The notes: generated by a model from the sequence alone, not told the origin. A stretch of DNA of 64,000 bases from an uncultured archaeon (GCA_963817525.1 CAWFOU010000007.1:1120001-1184000), one strand, 5' to 3'; numbered from the stretch's first letter, positions 20,216 to 29,662 are shown. Made by a program: numbers and translations.

Positions 20216-20341
20216 ATGCCAGCCAAGACAGGGCCGAAGAAGGGCGCCGGGTGGGACACGCTCAAGGTCTACGGAAGGGCTGCCGTCGCCTCCGTCCAGG
20301 CGTCGTGGTCGAAATCTACGGGAACTTCGCCCTCTTGTTGA
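20216..20341 (+). CDS. 41-aa small ORF upstream of the MIT-domain gene
   Basis: ATG about 25 nt after TTAATAT; MPAKTGPKKGAGWDTLKVYGRAAVASVQASWSKSTGTSPSC*; stop 6 nt before next ATG. Confidence 0.45.
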   Translation: MPAKTGPKKGAGWDTLKVYGRAAVASVQASWSKSTGTSPSC

Positions 20342-20347
20342 GGAAAG

Positions 20348-20737
20348 ATGACACAGATGGCTATCGGCGTATCCGCCCAAACTGCTAGCATGCCAGAGGT
20401 GCAAGGAGTCACCAAGCAGCAAGCCCAGGCTGCCCAGGCCTCGAAGCTCAAGAAGATCGAGATGTATGCGGCCCACCTCGTCAACGAGGCGGTAGCCAAG
20501 GAGAAGGCTGGAAGGTTCGGCGACTCGATCGTCGACTACCTCCAGGCCGCTGACCTCCTCCTCCTACTGGCAAAGGGCACCCCGGACTACACCCCCTGGA
20601 AGGCCTTTAGCGACAGGGCCATCGCCTGCCAGCAGAGGGTGAGGATCCTCATAGCGAAGAGGCAGCTCGCGGAGCAGGCCGCCGAGGCAGCGCCCACCCG
20701 CGCCCCGCGGGTCGCGCCCGTGCGAGACAAAGTATAG
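20348..20737 (+). CDS. stand-alone MIT-domain protein
   Basis: A..LVNEAVAKEKAG.F..SI..Y.QA..LL ... RA...QQRV three-helix pattern like the Vps4/CdvC N-terminus, with no AAA domain. Confidence 0.7.
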   Translation: MTQMAIGVSAQTASMPEVQGVTKQQAQAAQASKLKKIEMYAAHLVNEAVAKEKAGRFGDSIVDYLQAADLLLLLAKGTPDYTPWKAFSDRAIACQQRVRILIAKRQLAEQAAEAAPTRAPRVAPVRDKV

Positions 20738-20762
20738 ATTCACCCCGCGCAGGCGCCTCTCG

Positions 20763-21044
20763 ATGACGAGGGCGGTCACGGTGGTCTCTCGCAAAGGCTG
20801 CCGTCTTTGCGAGAAGGTCGTGGGGACCCTAAACTCGCTCTCGCAGCGCTACGACCTCGAGGTCAAGGTGGTCGACATCGACGAAGACCCGGAACTCCAC
20901 GAAAAGTACTGGCTCACCATCCCGGCCGTCCTCATCGACGGCAGGGACGTCTTCGATGCACGGCACATGGGGGGCGAGCTGAACTACGCCATAATCCTGG
21001 AGCGGCTCTTGATGGCGTACGACTCGTCCGCTGTCTCAGCCTGA
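20763..21044 (+). CDS. glutaredoxin-like protein (DUF836-like)
   Basis: GCRLC, VDIDEDPEL..KY..IPAVLIDG. Confidence 0.88.
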   Translation: MTRAVTVVSRKGCRLCEKVVGTLNSLSQRYDLEVKVVDIDEDPELHEKYWLTIPAVLIDGRDVFDARHMGGELNYAIILERLLMAYDSSAVSA

Positions 21045-21054
21045 CGCTTCGTGC

Positions 21055-21768
21055 CTACTTGGTGGCCTGGGTACCGTATTTCTGGGCCACGCTCCTCCTC
21101 CACATGAAGAAGCCGAGCCCGGCAACTACGATGATGATCACGGCCACGATGACGTAGAGGAGCGAGCCCAGTCCTCCAGAAGATTTCGTGGTGGAGGTCG
21201 TGCTCGTCGATGTGCTCGTCGTGACTAGGATGGTCGTGCTCGTCGATGTGCTCGTCGTGGTCGACGATGTGCTCGTAGTGCTGCTGCTCGTCGACGAAGA
21301 GGTGGTCGACGAGCTAGTCGAGCTGCTGCTGGACGAGGACGTCTTGCTGCTCACCCCGGCCGTGTAGTTGAACTTCACCGTGCCGATCGCGCTCACCCCA
21401 TTGCCTCCCCAGGTGGCGTTGACGACATACGTCCCGGTAGTCCACTGAGCTGCCCCCGGAATTGAAGTGTAGCTGAAGTTTCCTGTGGTCGTGTTAGGGG
21501 CTTCCTCCGCGATGTCGACGGCGTCCGTCTGGGGCCCCGCAGCGTTGTAGATCGTTATGATCACGCCGGTGTTGGCCAGCGCCGTGGCGTTCACCGGGCT
21601 GATGCTGCCAGTTATGACGATGGGCGTCGTCCCGGAGTACGATGGCGCGTTCGTCTGGACGGTGACCATGTACGTCGCCTGGGCCAAGGCCGGCACGAAG
21701 AAACTGCCGACCGCGAACAGGACCAGCGCCAAAAATGACGCGCCGCGGAATGCTTTCCTCAAAGACAC
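21055..21768 (-). CDS. cell-surface protein with Ig-like domain, Ser/Thr stalk and C-terminal TM anchor
   Basis: Signal peptide (ALA), GTYVVNATW, long S/T tract, TM helix then basic tail. Confidence 0.8.
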   Translation of the reverse strand: MSLRKAFRGASFLALVLFAVGSFFVPALAQATYMVTVQTNAPSYSGTTPIVITGSISPVNATALANTGVIITIYNAAGPQTDAVDIAEEAPNTTTGNFSYTSIPGAAQWTTGTYVVNATWGGNGVSAIGTVKFNYTAGVSSKTSSSSSSSTSSSTTSSSTSSSTTSTSSTTTSTSTSTTILVTTSTSTSTTSTTKSSGGLGSLLYVIVAVIIIVVAGLGFFMWRRSVAQKYGTQATK

Positions 21769-21915
21769 TACCTCGCGGACGTTAGCAAAAGCACGATGGG
21801 TATAAGTGTATCAGAAGACCGTTCCATATTTCATGGCCTTGGCGGGAGAGGCTAGTCGGCCGAGAATATTCTAATCAATCCAACTAATATAGTAGGAATA
21901 TGCTTGGAGAGAATA

Positions 21916-22113
21916 ATGCGGAGCCTTGTCGTAGTAGGAGTGGCGCCCGACCGCGCCGTGAACAGGTTTCACCAGGCCTCTCTCCTCGAGGCGAGGAACC
22001 TGAGGGACTTCCTCGAGCAGACCGGCGACTACGAGTCGGTCGGCATCTACGAGCTGGAAAAGTCCGAGGGGCCCATGACACAATGGGCGGAGCTCCAAGA
22101 GAGCTCCCCATAG
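21916..22113 (+). CDS. small hypothetical protein
   Basis: GC3-rich ORF after an AT-rich promoter region. Confidence 0.6.
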   Translation: MRSLVVVGVAPDRAVNRFHQASLLEARNLRDFLEQTGDYESVGIYELEKSEGPMTQWAELQESSP

Positions 22114-22121
22114 CTTCGCCT

Positions 22122-22508
22122 CTAGCCGACTATCTTCGTGATTTCCTTCGCGAGGCCGTTCTCGACGTGCGTCGTCCAGAGCATCTCAGGGACGTCGACG
22201 ACCAGAAACAGCCAGGTCAGGAGGATGGCCTCTGCGGCGGCTACCGCCAGGTTCTGGATCCACTTGCCGATGCCGATGTGGACGGTGAAGTCGTTCGCGT
22301 CCCCGGTTATCATTATCGTGAAAGCCCTGTTCGCGTCGATGATGCCGCGAAGGACCCCCGCCTTTTGCGCCTGAATCACCCTGCCCAGCGGAGGGTTCGC
22401 GGACTGGGTCTTGTATCCCTCCGACTTTAGCTGCGTCTCTATCTGTGACGCGAGCTGGTCGAGGTCCCTGTTCTTGTTTTGGAAGTGCAGCGTCTTCTCA
22501 GAAACCAT
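22122..22508 (-). CDS. hypothetical protein
   Basis: 128 aa with typical codon bias and TATA-like box upstream; one hydrophobic C-terminal segment. Confidence 0.75.
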   Translation of the reverse strand: MVSEKTLHFQNKNRDLDQLASQIETQLKSEGYKTQSANPPLGRVIQAQKAGVLRGIIDANRAFTIMITGDANDFTVHIGIGKWIQNLAVAAAEAILLTWLFLVVDVPEMLWTTHVENGLAKEITKIVG

Positions 22509-22610
22509 GTTCTATCTCCCTTGTCGGCCCTTGGTCAGTTTATACGGGTTTCTGCGCCTCTTGGTCCATCGGGCCGAGGACTCGGCCGCCCGATTCGCCC
22601 ACCGCTCGGG

Positions 22611-23069
22611 CTACCCGCCGCGCAGGATGTCGCTGGCCTGGACCGCCTTCGGGCCTGTGTACGAGGAGCGCTTCAGCATCTGCTGGTAGCTCCGGTCCTC
22701 TATCGCCGTGGGCTTTGGCGACCAGTGGTCTCCGTCGTCGTCCTCCTGGTAGTTGAAGAAGATCCGTATGGCGTAGTCGCCTGCCCCGTCCTGGTTGTGC
22801 TCGTCGTAGTCCGGGTCCCACCTCACCTCGCCGTCAGGGAATTCCTTCTCGAAGCTCCTGAGGAAGCCCGGGAGCTTTGACAGCCACAGAGGATTGGGGT
22901 GCGAAACCAGCCCGTCCTTCCAATACACGGGGATCACGACCCGCCCCAACGCGCTGCTCGAGAGCAGCTTCTCCGCCGACGCCTTGTCGGCTCCTATGGA
23001 GAGCAAAGACTTGCGCAGCTCTGCGCCTCCCGCCTTTGTCTCCGATTTCCCGGACTTGCCTTTTGCCAA
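22611..23069 (-). CDS. hypothetical protein
   Basis: Protein-like 3' part of ORF 22611..23420; TTG start at 23069. Confidence 0.6.
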   Translation of the reverse strand: MAKGKSGKSETKAGGAELRKSLLSIGADKASAEKLLSSSALGRVVIPVYWKDGLVSHPNPLWLSKLPGFLRSFEKEFPDGEVRWDPDYDEHNQDGAGDYAIRIFFNYQEDDDGDHWSPKPTAIEDRSYQQMLKRSSYTGPKAVQASDILRGG

Positions 23070-23092
23070 GACCCCTACCGCCGCGCGTCCTC

Positions 23093-23380
23093 CTAAAATA
23101 CCTGAGGCCTGGCGAGGAAGATTGCGAACGCCCCCCACAGCACCGCGGCCACGACGACGGGCGCCCAGAACTCCGCCTTTGAGGTCTTGTGGTGGAAGAC
23201 CAGCCCTCCGACGACTATCCCTAGGACCCCGCCGAGCAACGCGGTCGCCCAGAGCATCCTTTCGCTTATCCTGCTGCGCCTCCCCACAGCGAGCAGCTTG
23301 TCGACCCCCATCTCGGCGAACCCAACGAGAGTGAGGAGAGCGGCCCAGTAGAATACCGGCGAGGCGGGCACCGCGATCAA
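23093..23380 (-). CDS. DUF1294-like membrane protein
   Basis: MGVDK..A, RISERML..ALLGG..G, FHHKTSK. Confidence 0.85.
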   Translation of the reverse strand: MIAVPASPVFYWAALLTLVGFAEMGVDKLLAVGRRSRISERMLWATALLGGVLGIVVGGLVFHHKTSKAEFWAPVVVAAVLWGAFAIFLARPQVF

Positions 23381-23456
23381 CTTGCTCGACCCGATACGGC
23401 CGGCCGGGTTTTAACCGCAACCCCGCCTCGCCGTCGAAGAGAGAGCGGAGGCGGGC

Positions 23457-23798
23457 CTACGGGCCGCCGGCCGAGATCCAGATCACGTTGCCGTCTGGGT
23501 CCTTGAATTGGGAGATCTCGCCCCACTCGGTCTTGGTGTAGTCCATCGCGAACTTCACTCCCTTCTTCTTTAGGTCGGCAACCGTCCCCTTGAGGTCCTC
23601 GCTGTAGAACCCTATCCCGGTGTTCCCGGGCTCGAGCTTCCCCTCGCAAAGGTGCAGCTTCCATTTCGCGCCCTTCGGCCAGGCGGTGACCCAGTGGTCC
23701 TCCTCGGACGTCTCGAAGCCCAGCTTCTCCGCGTACCAGGCCGCGGACTTTTTCGCATCGGAAACCATGAGCGCAACGCTCATCTCTTTTGAAACCAT
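23457..23798 (-). CDS. VOC/glyoxalase family protein
   Basis: WYAEKLGF, LKKKGVKF, FKDPDGN. Confidence 0.9.
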   Translation of the reverse strand: MVSKEMSVALMVSDAKKSAAWYAEKLGFETSEEDHWVTAWPKGAKWKLHLCEGKLEPGNTGIGFYSEDLKGTVADLKKKGVKFAMDYTKTEWGEISQFKDPDGNVIWISAGGP

Positions 23799-23843
23799 GG
23801 GCGCACTCGAATCAGGGTCGCTTTTCCCCTTTTCGGCGACCCT

Positions 23844-24365
23844 TCAGGCGAGGTCGGAGGGCTTGAGCGTCTCACCGTATCTCTCCGGGAAGACGAGTTC
23901 CTCGATGGGCTTCCTGTTCTTCTTCCCAAGGATCTTTCTCTTGGGGTACCCGAACCCGAGCACCGCGGAAGGCTTCAGGCCGTCGGGGATCGCATAGTCC
24001 TTTCGGAGCGACGCCTCGCCGACCCCCGTGTAGATGCCCGACGCGACCCCAAAGTTCCAGGCCGCGAGCTCCATGTCCTGGACGACGCGCCCCGCGTCGA
24101 TGCTGCTCCCGGGCACCTTCGGGTCCGTGAGGATGATGATAGCAAAGTCCGCGCCCTCCACCCACTTGCCCGTCATGCTGTCCGCGGCCAGCCTCTTCAG
24201 GTTGGACCTCTCCTGCACGAGGACGAAGCGCCAGTGCTGAGTGTTCATCGAAGAGGCCGTGAGCCTAGCCGCCTCGAGGATCTTCCTCTTCGTCTCGCCG
24301 GGGACCTTCTTGGAGGCGAACTCCCTCACGTCCAACTTGGTGGAGATGGCATCGAATGCGTCCAA
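23844..24365 (-). CDS. nitroreductase family protein
   Basis: ILEAARLTASSMNTQHWRF, DAG...MELAAW..GVAS, GFGYP. Confidence 0.9.
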   Translation of the reverse strand: MDAFDAISTKLDVREFASKKVPGETKRKILEAARLTASSMNTQHWRFVLVQERSNLKRLAADSMTGKWVEGADFAIIILTDPKVPGSSIDAGRVVQDMELAAWNFGVASGIYTGVGEASLRKDYAIPDGLKPSAVLGFGYPKRKILGKKNRKPIEELVFPERYGETLKPSDLA

Positions 24366-24451
24366 AGCAATCGAAATCCCGCTCCGCTCTCAGATTAGCC
24401 TTCCGGTGGGGCTTCGCTAGACATTTAACCCGAGAGACCTCGCGGAGAGAC

Positions 24452-24835
24452 ATGACATCCCCTTCTGGGGTCAGTCCTTCCTTGCCGAGCAGGACAAGAA
24501 GGCTGTTCTACTCCATATCCGCCATCACGATCGTCATGGTGGTCGGGATCGTCGGATTCCACCAGATCGAGGGGATGGACTGGGTGAACGCCATCTACTT
24601 CGAGAGCATGCTCGCCACCGGGCAGGGGCCGCCACTCACGCTCAACACCGACGCGGGCAAGCTCTTCGCATCGGCCATGGGCTTCGTCTCCTTCGGCACC
24701 GTGCTCACGGGCCTGCTCGTCACCCTCGTCCCGATACTCTCACAGCTCTGGCGCGAGGGTTTGGAGCGGGCTGAGAAGGACGTGAAGGCGATCGAGGGAG
24801 ACCTCGTCCACAGGAAAGAGGAAGGCGACAAGTAG
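24452..24835 (+). CDS. minimal two-TM ion-channel-like protein
   Basis: TM1-EGMDWVNAIYF-pore helix-TGQGP-T.AGKLFAS-TM2 layout of the Ion_trans_2 type. Confidence 0.7.
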   Translation: MTSPSGVSPSLPSRTRRLFYSISAITIVMVVGIVGFHQIEGMDWVNAIYFESMLATGQGPPLTLNTDAGKLFASAMGFVSFGTVLTGLLVTLVPILSQLWREGLERAEKDVKAIEGDLVHRKEEGDK

Positions 24836-24860
24836 CCGTCAGCCCTCGCCGGCTTTGCGT

Positions 24861-27290
24861 CTATCTCTCGAGCCGCGCGAGGAAGACCGTCTCCGAGTAG
24901 GGCCTCTTGTCCCTCTCCGTCCTGTCCTCGACCGGCCTCTCGAACGACCTCTCGACGCGCATCCCCGCCTCCCCGAAGATCCCCGGGTAGAGGCCCAGCC
25001 TGTCATTGGCGACCAGCAGGACCGCCCCTCCCGGGGACATCGACGCCGCCATATTGCGCAGAGACTCGGTTATCCCTCTCGCGTATTCGGTCCTCGCCCT
25101 CTCCCCCTTGCCCTTCGCCTTTCGCCCAATCTCCAGCTCGTCCCTCCTCTTGATGCCGAGGAGCTCGTAGGCGTACCTGTGCTGCTCGTGGTAGTCTATC
25201 TGCCCGACATACGGAGGCGACGTGAAGACTCCGTCCACCCTTCCGCCCCGGAGGCGTTCGTCGAGGTCGACCCTCCTCGAGTCCCCCTCTATCACGAGGG
25301 ACGAGGCAGGCCTCCTCACCGCCTGGAACTCTGCGATCCGCCTGACGGTGTCGGAGGAGTAGAACCTTAGCCTGGGGACGATGGTGGTGACCGGCTGGCA
25401 GGTCTTCCCCATGTGCTTGTGGCAGACGTAGGGCGCTCGGACGGGCTCCTTCGGCGTGGCGAGGTCGTAGTGGTGAACGAGCCTGCAGGAGCGGGCCGTC
25501 CTGCTGAGGAGCACCTTGAGTAGGTCCTGGTGCTCGTAATCTGGGATGAGGCCGCGGAAGTGAAGCAGCTCCTCGAGCGCCCTCGGCGCGAACCACCTCT
25601 CCAAGTACCCGGCCTCCCCGCCGGGGTCGCGTCCCAGGTCCGCCCCCCTCCCGCCTTGGAACTTGCTCGCGCTGTGGTCAGCGGTCCTCCTCGAGATATC
25701 TACGACCTCCGCCTCCACCTCGGGGACGTCGTATTCGGCCAGCTTCACCCTGGAGATCATCACGTTGAACTCGGAGACCTCGACCCCGACAGAGCCGATC
25801 CCCCTCTCGCCAGCCTCCACCAGGGTCGTTCCCGAGTTTCCGCACCAAACAATCTTCCCATTCCTTCTCACCAGAATGATATGCGATGGAACTTCGCAAC
25901 AATAAACAAATCCTTCGTAATCAATTTCGACTGGCTTTTTGTTTATCTTTGGTGTTCGATGTCGCAACGAGCCGTAAACAACGTAGCCCTCTGCGATACC
26001 CTGCACCTTTCTTCCGTCGATGTAGCCGCCGCGAGGTTTCTGTCTGCCTATCTGAACTCCGTAACCGCACTTGAGTGCAACTTCGGCCACGTCATCAGCA
26101 AGTCGCTTCGAGACCGTCCAATAGCTAAAGCGGTCCTTCACCCAATGCCCGTCCCCCAAGACCAAATTCGTCAAAAGAACCTTGAGAAACTCGGGCGGCA
26201 GGTTTTTCACTTCCTCCGGAATGAACTTCGAATACTTGTTGCCCAGAGGTTTCAGGTAGTCAAACAATTGCTTAGAGTACAGCCTGAATTTGTGCCCGGC
26301 ATATCCATAGTGAAACGGTAACGTGTCTAGGACACTCTTCACTTCGACCATCTTGCGGGTTTGGGAAATCTCCACAGTCCTTCCCGAAGCCTTTTCGAGC
26401 GAACCTTCGGCGAGGTAGATGCCCAAAAAGGCCACCCAGTGCTTCAAATGAATATTGACGGCCGGTTGAACGTATTTGACGAAGGGGCCGACTTGATGTC
26501 CGGCCTTCAAGTATGCTGGAACAATAACCTCTCGCTCGGGCAGGTTAAAGTCGAAAGGAACGCCTAACCAAGAGGCCGACCGCATGACCTGGTCGCCCGT
26601 AAGTACTTGGGAGGGTAGCTTTGCCTTTACCTTTTTGCTATACCGATCTATGACAATCATTCGATGATTCGGTGTGACCAGAAGGTCAGTGTGTTTGCCT
26701 AAGAATCTGAACATCTTTCCAACGTAGTGGTACTTGTATAGCTTAGACGGTTTGACGAACCTCAGTTCGCCTGATTCGAGACTCCCTACCTTGTCGTCCG
26801 GGTTTAGATCCCTGCCGTAGACCCAACCCCTTTGCGTTAGGAATTCCGTCTGTTCGTCGTAGCAGCCGGAAAAGGGGTCGAGCACGGTCTGCCCAGGCTC
26901 GAAGTACCTCGACAGGAAGTAGCCCACCAGCTGGGGGATGAACTTGCCAAGGTATGGGTGCAGCCTGTGGACGTGCTTAGTCCTCTCCCTCTCCGGCACG
27001 TCGAGAAACGCAATCGATGTGTCGCCGATCCTCAGCTCCTCCATCCTCGACCTCACCCTCCGATTCCAGCCCTCAACGTAGCCTAGCAGCTCTTTCCTAG
27101 AGACCCTCAGGCCCCCGTTCGGCGCCCGCCTGACGACCCTCCCGCTCGCGTCGTACTTCGTCAGGCGGTTGTACTGGACCAAGTAGGAGATGTTGCTCGG
27201 GGTCTTCCCCACGAGTGCGGCGGCGTCGCCCAGTGTGAGGAGGTCCTCTCTGAGAACGCCCTCCGCTCCACTGTCAGGTCTCTTTGCCAA
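24861..27290 (-). CDS. DNA methyltransferase (SPPY, probably N4-cytosine) with N-terminal HTH, interrupted by an intein
   Basis: HRLHPYLGKFIPQL, VLDPFSG/SGTT motif I split by the insert, TSPPY motif IV. Confidence 0.9.
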   Translation of the reverse strand: MAKRPDSGAEGVLREDLLTLGDAAALVGKTPSNISYLVQYNRLTKYDASGRVVRRAPNGGLRVSRKELLGYVEGWNRRVRSRMEELRIGDTSIAFLDVPERERTKHVHRLHPYLGKFIPQLVGYFLSRYFEPGQTVLDPFSGCYDEQTEFLTQRGWVYGRDLNPDDKVGSLESGELRFVKPSKLYKYHYVGKMFRFLGKHTDLLVTPNHRMIVIDRYSKKVKAKLPSQVLTGDQVMRSASWLGVPFDFNLPEREVIVPAYLKAGHQVGPFVKYVQPAVNIHLKHWVAFLGIYLAEGSLEKASGRTVEISQTRKMVEVKSVLDTLPFHYGYAGHKFRLYSKQLFDYLKPLGNKYSKFIPEEVKNLPPEFLKVLLTNLVLGDGHWVKDRFSYWTVSKRLADDVAEVALKCGYGVQIGRQKPRGGYIDGRKVQGIAEGYVVYGSLRHRTPKINKKPVEIDYEGFVYCCEVPSHIILVRRNGKIVWCGNSGTTLVEAGERGIGSVGVEVSEFNVMISRVKLAEYDVPEVEAEVVDISRRTADHSASKFQGGRGADLGRDPGGEAGYLERWFAPRALEELLHFRGLIPDYEHQDLLKVLLSRTARSCRLVHHYDLATPKEPVRAPYVCHKHMGKTCQPVTTIVPRLRFYSSDTVRRIAEFQAVRRPASSLVIEGDSRRVDLDERLRGGRVDGVFTSPPYVGQIDYHEQHRYAYELLGIKRRDELEIGRKAKGKGERARTEYARGITESLRNMAASMSPGGAVLLVANDRLGLYPGIFGEAGMRVERSFERPVEDRTERDKRPYSETVFLARLER
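25836..26864 (-). mobile_element. intein with LAGLIDADG homing endonuclease (343 aa)
   Basis: Starts CYDEQTEFLT, block B VTPNH, FLGIYLAEGS and LVLGDG motifs, ends VYCCEVPSH...WCGN followed by +1 Ser; visibly lower GC than flanks. Confidence 0.95.
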
Positions 27291-27485
27291 GGACGCCTTC
27301 CGGTCAAGGCCCGGGTTTTGTATTAAGGCCTTCCGCGAGGTCGCTTAGGCGCAGGAAGACCGGGCCATGGAATGGCGATCCAACTTGAGTATTCACATGG
27401 ATTCCAAAAACCTGGGCGATGTTTCTCAACCCTTCGGCCACAATCTAGAAGTAACGCAGCAACACTCGCCGTCAATGTAAGAAGC

Positions 27486-28400
27486 ATGAACGACGGCAAA
27501 ATCGCGGTGTTCGGGGTCCTAATCGCCGTGCTGATGGTCGGCACCATAGCTGTCCTGCCGCAGATCCACGGGGGTTCGCAGGGCTCCTCGGTCACCGCGG
27601 TCGTGACCAGCTCCGAGTCGACCGCGACCTACACCCAGGGGCACGGCACGATAGTCTACTCCCCCGCGTGCAGCGGCACCGCGGAGACCTTCGGCAACAT
27701 CACCTTCAGCGTGAGCCTTTGCGTCGCCTACGGCTTCCCCTCGCCCTTCGTGAGGAACGCGACGCTTGACACGCGTCAGGTCCTTCCTTACATCAAGACG
27801 GCGTACGAGTACCACCTCGTCTACTTCGCCCACAGCGCGGCGAACCCGAACGTGATGTACGCCGTCCTCAACGTGACCGGGAGACAGGCCGTGTCCGGGA
27901 ACTACTCTTCAGGATACCAGGTCTCCTACGTGGGGAACAGGATCCTGAACGTGACCTTCCTCAAGGTCGCCTTCCACGTCTTCGACGTGACGCACGTCTC
28001 CGGCTACTCCCTCCCCGACCGCAACGGGTCGCTCTCGTACTCGCCCCAGCAGGCGCAGGCGATCAGCCTGGCGCTCTCCGACTCCAACGTCACGTCCCTC
28101 ATGGCGGGACAACCATACTACGCCAATTTCGTCGGGTCGACCGGGAACGCGACGGCCGCGGGCGGCTTCCTCGTCCAGTTCTACCAGGTGGACGGCACGG
28201 GAATCGTCGGGGCATTTGTGAACCTAGGCCCCGACTCCGTAGTCGACTCTTTCTACCAGCAGAGGGGTTCCGGCGAGTGCTTCCCTGGAGGCATCGTGGT
28301 CACAGACCCGTGGGGAGAGACGGGTTTCGGATGCACCGCCGCGGGAGCACCGTCAAGCACGGGCTTGCTTACCAATCCTGAGAATCATCCACACGCTTAA
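27486..28400 (+). CDS. secreted or membrane-anchored hypothetical protein
   Basis: N-terminal hydrophobic helix, many N-glycosylation sequons. Confidence 0.75.
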   Translation: MNDGKIAVFGVLIAVLMVGTIAVLPQIHGGSQGSSVTAVVTSSESTATYTQGHGTIVYSPACSGTAETFGNITFSVSLCVAYGFPSPFVRNATLDTRQVLPYIKTAYEYHLVYFAHSAANPNVMYAVLNVTGRQAVSGNYSSGYQVSYVGNRILNVTFLKVAFHVFDVTHVSGYSLPDRNGSLSYSPQQAQAISLALSDSNVTSLMAGQPYYANFVGSTGNATAAGGFLVQFYQVDGTGIVGAFVNLGPDSVVDSFYQQRGSGECFPGGIVVTDPWGETGFGCTAAGAPSSTGLLTNPENHPHA

Positions 28401-28429
28401 ATCCACCGAACTGGCTTCTGCCGCATGGG

Positions 28430-29662
28430 TTGACAGCACCCGCGGGACCCGGAGAGAAGAAACTCTCCCGTCGCCGCTTCATAAAGTGGGCCGGGACGTG
28501 CCTCGCAGTCGGGACGTCGGCCGTCGCCCTCGGAAGCGTTGTCCTCAAACCAAAGGGAGCGGAGGCCGCTCCGCAGCCTTCCAATAGCTCTTACATCGAG
28601 TCCTCCACTTCCAGTTCGACGACGGAGGGCACGACCAGCCCCCCTACGACCTCCGCGACCTCGGCGACACCCAGCCCGACGGAGCCGCTGTCCGAGGACG
28701 CCTTCTCCATCTTCTGGGTCACCGACACGCAGTTCCTCTCCGAGTCGAACCCCGCACTCTTCAAGATGGTGAACAACTGGATCGTGGACAACTGGTCTCG
28801 CTTCAACGCAAAGTTGGCCGTCCACACGGGGGATCTGGTCCAGACGGGGGCGGTCATCCAGGAGTGGATCAACGCCGACGACGCCATGTCCATCCTGGCG
28901 AGGAACGGCATCCCTTACGTCTGGTGCGCCGGGAACCACGACGACCTCGTGCCCAACGATGCGACCTCGGGCTGGATAGGCAACACCCAGGCCGCCTCCC
29001 TCCAGCCCTCGGTCGCCAGCCAGGTGGTGAACAAGATGCCCTATGCCACGTGGGTGGGCGACTTCCACAACGGGATGAACACCGCCGCCACCTTCTCTGC
29101 GAGCGGCCTGGACTTTCTCGTCATCTGCGTCGAGTGGGACGCCCAGTCCGACGCGCTCCAGTGGGTCGGGAGCATCCTCGACGACCCGACCTACGCCAAC
29201 TACAACGTCATAATGGCGCCGCACGCCTACATCAACCCGTATGGCAGCCTCAACGACCCGAGGTGGGGGGCGCAGCTGGCAGATTTCATCAAGGAACTCA
29301 ATGTCATGATGGACGCCCACCCAAACGTCTTCCTCACACTCAACGGGCACTTTGCCACCGAGACCGGGTACAACACGCCCCAGCCGGTAAACGGCAGGAA
29401 CAGCCTGATGTACGACAGGCAGGACTCCGCCGACAACCCCGGGGACAAGTTCGGCCGAGGCGTGGACAACCCGCCCGACAGCGACACCGACAAGGTGGGC
29501 GGCTCGACGCTCATGGTCCTCACGTTCGAGCCCAGCTACAACCAGATCAAGGCCACGACCTACGACGTCTACCAGGGAAGGTGGAGGTCCAGCCCCACGG
29601 AGGAGTACTCGGTCGTGATGTTCCCCAACGCCCCGCAGAAGCTGAAGATCGCCGCCCAGTGA
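28430..29662 (+). CDS. Tat-exported calcineurin-like metallophosphoesterase
   Basis: SRRRFIK twin-arginine signal; DTQ, TGD, GNHD, H, GH metal motifs. Confidence 0.88.
   Translation: MTAPAGPGEKKLSRRRFIKWAGTCLAVGTSAVALGSVVLKPKGAEAAPQPSNSSYIESSTSSSTTEGTTSPPTTSATSATPSPTEPLSEDAFSIFWVTDTQFLSESNPALFKMVNNWIVDNWSRFNAKLAVHTGDLVQTGAVIQEWINADDAMSILARNGIPYVWCAGNHDDLVPNDATSGWIGNTQAASLQPSVASQVVNKMPYATWVGDFHNGMNTAATFSASGLDFLVICVEWDAQSDALQWVGSILDDPTYANYNVIMAPHAYINPYGSLNDPRWGAQLADFIKELNVMMDAHPNVFLTLNGHFATETGYNTPQPVNGRNSLMYDRQDSADNPGDKFGRGVDNPPDSDTDKVGGSTLMVLTFEPSYNQIKATTYDVYQGRWRSSPTEEYSVVMFPNAPQKLKIAAQ

Noticed and set aside
21196-21259. 28-bp direct repeat GGTCGTGCTCGTCGATGTGCTCGTCGTG, two copies
   Set aside because: Encodes the Thr/Ser stalk of the 21055-21768 protein; only two copies, no spacers or cas genes, so not CRISPR
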